Shown here piece after piece: positions 59,067 through 64,000 of a stretch of DNA of 64,000 nucleotides (its first letter is position 1; every line of letters begins with the position of its first letter). The position numbers and the translations under genes were made by a program. The notes beneath the pieces are model-generated. The model was not told the origin of the DNA. It made no database searches and saw nothing but the letters and a program-made list of their open reading frames with translations. Source of the DNA: a virus; IMG/VR virus record IMGVR_UViG_3300031963_009342, positions 1 to 64,000 of that record, one strand, 5' to 3'.

Positions 59067-59094
59067 ATCTTAAAGTATAATTAAGAAAAGTCAA
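59067..59094 (-). promoter_or_regulatory. sigma70-like promoter heading the minus-strand operon
   Basis: TTGACT-16-TAAGAT on the minus strand, ending 6 nt before ATG 59060. Confidence 0.7.
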
Positions 59095-59117
59095 TCTATA
59101 AAAACTATATATTACAT

Positions 59118-59849
59118 ATGAAAAAATTACTAACTATTTTATTGACGGCATTAAATCTACACGCAAACGATCTATTTCTATATGATAAAAACAACGATGT
59201 GGAATTGACCGAGGTTATTAACAATAAACTAAACGTTTTGTCCACTATCGCAGGTAAAACATATACAATTACTAACAGTCTCAATATCAATACAACCAAC
59301 TCTAGTACATCATACATACTACCATATCGTATTTCAGTATTTCAGAAAGAAAACACATCTACATATTTTAATCAAACCAGTACTGAATATGTAAATAATT
59401 TTAAATTACCTGAGGTGGTTAAAGTAAAAGATGCAATGTTTAACTTTACCGTCAATGGTGAATTATATTGTGTTAGTGAAAGTACTAATCTAAATACATT
59501 ACTCACAACACTGTGTAGTGTAACATTTAAACAATCATCATTCTTTGTTAAATCTAATGAGAAGTATACACATTTATATGTGGTTAGTGGCACAGTGACA
59601 GTATTGGACAATAAATCAAAGAAGAAGAAAGAATTAAAAGACGGCGATTATTTAGTTGTTACTCCACAAATCGTCATGAGTGCTAGAGAAGCTAGTGTTA
59701 CTAAGATGGGTAATAGTTTTAGTGTAAAAGAAGTGGAGGATGAAGAAAAAGAAGTTCACATCAAGGAACTTATACTACTTAAATCTAAGTTAGATAACAC
59801 ATTATTTGTAAACTACGGCCAGAACATCTTTGGAATTAAATTAAAATGA
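59118..59849 (+). CDS. Exported protein with FecR-like beta domain
   Basis: Signal peptide MKKLLTILLTALNLHA; F.V....T.LYVVSGTVTV....L.DG pattern. Confidence 0.6.
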   Translation: MKKLLTILLTALNLHANDLFLYDKNNDVELTEVINNKLNVLSTIAGKTYTITNSLNINTTNSSTSYILPYRISVFQKENTSTYFNQTSTEYVNNFKLPEVVKVKDAMFNFTVNGELYCVSESTNLNTLLTTLCSVTFKQSSFFVKSNEKYTHLYVVSGTVTVLDNKSKKKKELKDGDYLVVTPQIVMSAREASVTKMGNSFSVKEVEDEEKEVHIKELILLKSKLDNTLFVNYGQNIFGIKLK

Positions 59850-60073
59850 AATTAGATCACCTACAGTCTCTTACAGAAGATGAATTAGCAATGTTGTGGT
59901 TTTGTATTAATAAGGTAAATCCTCCGGTATTGTCGGGGGAAGAACTTGAACCCTCTTTATTTGTTGCAATTAAACACAAAAGATTGATGGATAGAATATT
60001 ACAATGTGCACAACATGTAAAAGAAGAACATCACGCTGTTTTTACTGGACTTGTGAATAAATTGAAAGTATGA
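59846..60073 (+). CDS. Hypothetical protein
   Basis: 75 aa, ATGA-coupled to the upstream gene. Confidence 0.6.
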   Translation: MKLDHLQSLTEDELAMLWFCINKVNPPVLSGEELEPSLFVAIKHKRLMDRILQCAQHVKEEHHAVFTGLVNKLKV

Positions 60074-60083
60074 TGGTGTTATC

Positions 60084-62612
60084 ATGTATCAAAATATTTT
60101 TATTTCAAAGAAGGACAATACGGTCCATTTGTGGGACGATAAACGTGGATATGTAAAGTTTCCATATCAACCATATGCTTATCGTAAGCGTAAGGGTGGT
60201 ATGTATAAGAGTATTTATGGCGATGAACTTGAAAAAGTATATAAGTTCAGTCCTAAAGACCCAAGTCTGTTTGAGAGTGATGTTCCAGCCGAAACTCGGG
60301 TTTTGATTGATGCCTATGAAGACAGCGATGATTCATCTGTAGGCCATCGTGTTGTTTATTATGACATTGAAGTTAGTACCGAAGGTGGATTTCCAAAGGT
60401 AGATGAAGCTGATAAAGAAATTACTGCTATTGCGTTGTATGACGCTGCAGCAGAACAGTATACCGCATTTATCTTGGATAAGGAACATCGTCTAGAAGAC
60501 TACAAAAAAGAAAATGTAGAAGTTCGTGGATTTCAAGACGAATCAAGTCTACTAATGCACTTTTTGACAAAGTGGGAAGAAATTCAACCAACGATTGCTA
60601 CTGGATGGAATATTGATGAGTTTGATACTCCTTATGTATTTAATAGAATTAAACGTGTATTGAGTGATCGCGAATCTAAACGATTGAGTCCAATTAATGT
60701 TTGTTATAAGAACGATTGGAGTGGTAAGATCGTTGTAGCAGGTGTTTCATTTATTGATTACATGGTCTTGTATAAGAAGTGGAATATCAAGCAAGAACCA
60801 AGTTATGCATTGGGTGCAATTGGTAAGAAAGTGGTGGGCATGGAAAAGATTACCTATCGTGGTAGTTTGGATGATTTGTATAAGAGTGATCTAAACAAGT
60901 ATATTGAATATAACTTAAATGACGTAAAGATCATTGTTGCTCTAGAAAAGAAACTTCAATTTATTGAACAGGCAAGAGCTATCTGTCACAAAGGACATGT
61001 ACCATATGATTGTTTTACAATGAGTTCACGATTTATTGAAGGTGCTATTCTTATGTATCTTCGTCGTAAGGGTCAAGTAGCTAAAAATAAACCTATTGAT
61101 GGTAGAGAAGAATATGAAAACCAGATGGAACAAGGAGAAGAGGGATTTGAAGGTGCATATGTTAAAGATCCTGTTCCTGGTCGTTATGATTGGGTCTTTG
61201 ATTTGGATCTCACATCAATGTATCCGAATATCATCATCAGTCTTAACATTTCACCTGAAACTAAAATAGCTAAAGCTGAGAATTGGGATTTTGAGAAATA
61301 TATGAAGGGTGAGATTGATACGATTCAAGTTGGGTCAGCTTCATATACAAAAGAACAATTTACTAAATTATTGAAATCTTCCAATTACAGTATTGCTAGT
61401 AATGGAGTAATGTACAATCAGTCATTTCAAGGTGTTATTCCTGAAATTCTAGTAAAGTGGTTCGATGAACGTAAAGATCTTCGTAAACTAGCTAAAAAAC
61501 ATGCTGATGCTAAAGAATGGGAAAAATATGAATTTTATGATAGTCGTCAAAAAGTACAAAAAGTATTACTTAATTCAATCTATGGTGTATTGGGCCTACC
61601 GATCTTTAGATTTTATGATAAGGATAATGCGAGTGCTGTTACCTTAACTGGTCAAGATATTATTAAGACCGCTAACAAAGCAATCAATCAATATTATAAA
61701 AAGACATTAAACGATACTGAAAACAAGGATTATGTTATCTATGTTGATACAGATTCTTGTTTTGCTAGTGCTTTGCCAATCATTAAACACAAAATGCCTG
61801 ATATTGATCTTAATGATGAAAAACAGATGACCGAGGCTATTTTGAAGGTTTGTACAGAAGCTCAGAAACATGTTAATGACACATTTAACGTAATGGCAGA
61901 TCGTATGTTTAATGTTCAAAAACATCGGTTTGATGCAAAACAAGAAGTTATTGCAAAGACCAGTTTTTGGCTGGCTAAGAAACGATATGCTCAGTTCATC
62001 ATCAACAAAGGTGGTATTGAGTGTGATGAATTGGAAGTCAAGGGTATTGACGTTGTACGTACTAGCTTTCCAATTAGGTTTCGTAAGTTTATGGAACAGT
62101 TTTTACAGAATATACTTCGTAAAGTTCCTAAAGAAGAAATTGATGAGTCTATTCTTAAGTTTAAGGAGAGTATGACTAGTTATTCGGTTATTGAGATTGC
62201 TAAAAATACCAGTGTTAAATTCGTTAGCCAAGATAAGGTAAACGATTATAATCCAAAGAGTAGACATCCGTTTCAAATGATCAAGGGCGCTCCTGCTCAA
62301 GTAAAAGCTGGTTGTTATTACAATGATTTGTTGAAGTTGTGGCAATTGGACAATGAGATTCCAGAAATCTTTCATGGTCAGAAAATCAAGTGGGTATATC
62401 TAAAGCAAAATCCGTTTGGCATGGAATGTATTGCAATGAAGGCTGACGGTACAGATCCACAACGTATTTTGGAGTTTATTGAACAATATGTTGATAGAGA
62501 TGCAATGTATGAACAAGAGCTCAAGAGCAAGTTGATTGATTTTTATAATGTGTTGAGTTGGGATTATCCAAATGAAACAGATGCTAAATTAGGAGAATTC
62601 TTTAGTTTTTGA
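60084..62612 (+). CDS. Family B DNA polymerase (T4 gp43-like)
   Basis: Exonuclease motifs DIE, GWN..FD and YN..D; polymerase motifs DLTSMYP, K..LNSIYG, YVDTDS, KKRY and KG. Confidence 0.98.
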   Translation: MYQNIFISKKDNTVHLWDDKRGYVKFPYQPYAYRKRKGGMYKSIYGDELEKVYKFSPKDPSLFESDVPAETRVLIDAYEDSDDSSVGHRVVYYDIEVSTEGGFPKVDEADKEITAIALYDAAAEQYTAFILDKEHRLEDYKKENVEVRGFQDESSLLMHFLTKWEEIQPTIATGWNIDEFDTPYVFNRIKRVLSDRESKRLSPINVCYKNDWSGKIVVAGVSFIDYMVLYKKWNIKQEPSYALGAIGKKVVGMEKITYRGSLDDLYKSDLNKYIEYNLNDVKIIVALEKKLQFIEQARAICHKGHVPYDCFTMSSRFIEGAILMYLRRKGQVAKNKPIDGREEYENQMEQGEEGFEGAYVKDPVPGRYDWVFDLDLTSMYPNIIISLNISPETKIAKAENWDFEKYMKGEIDTIQVGSASYTKEQFTKLLKSSNYSIASNGVMYNQSFQGVIPEILVKWFDERKDLRKLAKKHADAKEWEKYEFYDSRQKVQKVLLNSIYGVLGLPIFRFYDKDNASAVTLTGQDIIKTANKAINQYYKKTLNDTENKDYVIYVDTDSCFASALPIIKHKMPDIDLNDEKQMTEAILKVCTEAQKHVNDTFNVMADRMFNVQKHRFDAKQEVIAKTSFWLAKKRYAQFIINKGGIECDELEVKGIDVVRTSFPIRFRKFMEQFLQNILRKVPKEEIDESILKFKESMTSYSVIEIAKNTSVKFVSQDKVNDYNPKSRHPFQMIKGAPAQVKAGCYYNDLLKLWQLDNEIPEIFHGQKIKWVYLKQNPFGMECIAMKADGTDPQRILEFIEQYVDRDAMYEQELKSKLIDFYNVLSWDYPNETDAKLGEFFSF

Positions 62613-62640
62613 TTGACATTGAATGATAATATGTTATCAT
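62613..62640 (+). promoter_or_regulatory. sigma70-like promoter
   Basis: TTGACA-16-TATCAT with TGn, ending 6 nt before ATG 62647. Confidence 0.7.
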
Positions 62641-62646
62641 ATCTAA

Positions 62647-63060
62647 ATGAAGTCTTCTGCGCAAAAATTAACATTACCTTTAAATGGTGATAAAATATCA
62701 CTATATACAAAATATCCATCCTATTCTGCTATTGCAGAACAATATCAACGTGTAGTAATAGGACAACGAGGACCATATATAGAATTTACAAAAAATCAAA
62801 TATGTGACAAACTTTTATATATTCCTAAAAATCAGTTATATCGTTTAAGCGATCCTAAAGTCTACTACATAGAGTTTAGATCTATAGAAAACGATGTGAA
62901 AGTTTATTATCAAATGCGAAATGTAGCATATGCCGATTATCTTATAAATCATTTTTATATCTCTCCAATTGATTTATACAAAGAAGATGGTACTAAATGT
63001 TTAAATACGGACTTGGTAATTAACGAAAATTTAAATGAATTTTTTGAATTCAAAAATTGA
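62647..63060 (+). CDS. Hypothetical protein
   Basis: 137 aa with its own promoter; YQRVVIGQRGPYIEF and YYQ...V.YADY motifs. Confidence 0.7.
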   Translation: MKSSAQKLTLPLNGDKISLYTKYPSYSAIAEQYQRVVIGQRGPYIEFTKNQICDKLLYIPKNQLYRLSDPKVYYIEFRSIENDVKVYYQMRNVAYADYLINHFYISPIDLYKEDGTKCLNTDLVINENLNEFFEFKN

Positions 63061-63085
63061 CAAAACAAACAATCAGAATTAGAAT
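63057..63085 (+). promoter_or_regulatory. sigma70-like promoter
   Basis: TTGACA-17-TAGAAT. Confidence 0.7.
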
Positions 63086-63093
63086 AATAGAGT

Positions 63094-63831
63094 ATGAAGA
63101 AACAAGTAATAAATACGTTTATAGATAAATATTCACTCAACGGATCCATTGAAAGTGTAAAATGGGTTGTTGATACCACCAACAAACAAATCAAAACGTC
63201 ATCTATTAGCGATGACAAAAATGTTTTGAGTTATGTAGTAATTAAAGACGACGCGGGATTAACCGATAGTGAATTTGGTATTAATGATACGACCAAATTT
63301 AAGAAACTGTTGAACGTTCTCTCAGACGATGTTAACGTATCATTTAACAAACGTGACGATAAGATCGTCTCACTTTCACTAAATTGTGAAACGACAGAGG
63401 TGCAATATGTTACAGCAGATCTTAATGTAATTCCAAAGGTACCGGATCTAAAGAAGTTGCCTCCGTTCAATTTGGAAATTCCATTAACCAAAGAGTTTGT
63501 AACTACATTTGTAAAAGCTAAAAGTGCGTTGAGTGACGTTGATACCATGACTTTTACAAAGGATAAAAAAGATAAGATCAAACTTATAATCGGATACAGT
63601 AATGTTAATAGCAATCGTATTAATATTGATGTAAAGCCAGTGGAAGGTAAAGATGGTCTTGTTAAGACTATTCACTTTAGCGCGAAGTATCTTAAAGAAA
63701 TTCTCACTAGTAACAGTGATTGTGAAAATGCAGTACTTAAGATTAGCGACCAGGGTATTATGCATGTAGAGTTCAATAATGATTTGTTCAATAGCAATTA
63801 TTATCTAATTGAAATCAAGAGTGTAGATTAA
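63094..63831 (+). CDS. Sliding clamp (T4 gp45-like)
   Basis: 245 aa; FGINDTTKFKKLL and F..KYLKEIL motifs; lies between PolB and the clamp loader. Confidence 0.8.
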   Translation: MKKQVINTFIDKYSLNGSIESVKWVVDTTNKQIKTSSISDDKNVLSYVVIKDDAGLTDSEFGINDTTKFKKLLNVLSDDVNVSFNKRDDKIVSLSLNCETTEVQYVTADLNVIPKVPDLKKLPPFNLEIPLTKEFVTTFVKAKSALSDVDTMTFTKDKKDKIKLIIGYSNVNSNRINIDVKPVEGKDGLVKTIHFSAKYLKEILTSNSDCENAVLKISDQGIMHVEFNNDLFNSNYYLIEIKSVD

Positions 63832-63833
63832 TT

Positions 63834-64000
63834 ATGAATTTCTTTGTTGAAGAAAAGTCTGTAAATATAGAACAACACAGTTTATGGGCCGAACGATATC
63901 GTCCTGATACTGTAGAAAATTACATTTGTAGTGATCAATTGAGAAGTATCTTGAAGGATTTTATTTCTAAAAAGGACATTCCTCACTTGTTGTTTCATGG
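63834..64000 (+). CDS. Clamp loader large subunit (gp44/RFC-like), 3'-partial
   Basis: Not in the ORF track. ATG 63834 reads MNFFVEEKSVNIEQHSLWAERYRPDTVENYI...IPHLLFH. Confidence 0.92.
   Translation, partial: MNFFVEEKSVNIEQHSLWAERYRPDTVENYICSDQLRSILKDFISKKDIPHLLFH

Noticed and set aside
1025-63765. Numerous short antisense or nested ORFs in the track (e.g. 7139..7417, 8396..8890, 21496..21849, 63231..63614)
   Set aside because: They overlap well-supported genes and have no motifs or start context.
1-64000. Stop-codon reassignment
   Set aside because: Conserved genes are full length in the standard code, and TAA, TGA and TAG all end genes.
1-64000. tRNA, rRNA, integrase, transposase or reverse transcriptase/DGR
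   Set aside because: None recognised by eye; intergenic gaps are short and AT-rich. tRNAscan or Infernal would be needed to exclude small RNAs formally.

Overview
A 64 kb, AT-rich, gene-dense segment of a large T4-like (myovirus-type) bacteriophage genome using the standard genetic code. Left to right: (i) the 3' end of a Gly-Ser/Thr G-X-Y repeat fibre gene, a GT4 glycosyltransferase and a HAD-nucleotidyltransferase fusion; (ii) a contractile-tail module (tube, gp26/gp51-like hub chaperone pair with a probable +1/-2 frameshift, tape measure, gp48-like, gp53/LysM-like and hub proteins); (iii) replication, recombination and nucleotide metabolism genes (compact family-A polymerase, gp32 SSB, UvsX/RecA, 5'-3' exonuclease, gp41 helicase, NrdAB); (iv) a membrane-anchored PAS protein and an XhlA-like protein; (v) a MoxR AAA+/VWA pair, DUF4338, UvsE and a putative R-M pair; (vi) a ~19.5 kb minus-strand glycan biosynthesis locus with about 10 glycosyltransferase-like genes, a dehydratase, aminotransferase, WbqC, deacetylase, radical SAM, methyltransferases, UDP-sugar dehydrogenase and dUTPase, headed by a ribbon-helix-helix regulator; (vii) a Cas4-like nuclease, FecR-like exported protein, PolB, sliding clamp and the start of the clamp loader. 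Two promoter classes are visible: sigma70-like, and a TATTTATA motif before structural genes. The best candidate for a new system is phage-autonomous virion glycosylation: an unusual amino-sugar pathway plus a Ser/Thr-saturated fibre as possible acceptor. All calls come from reading motifs by eye; no searches were run.
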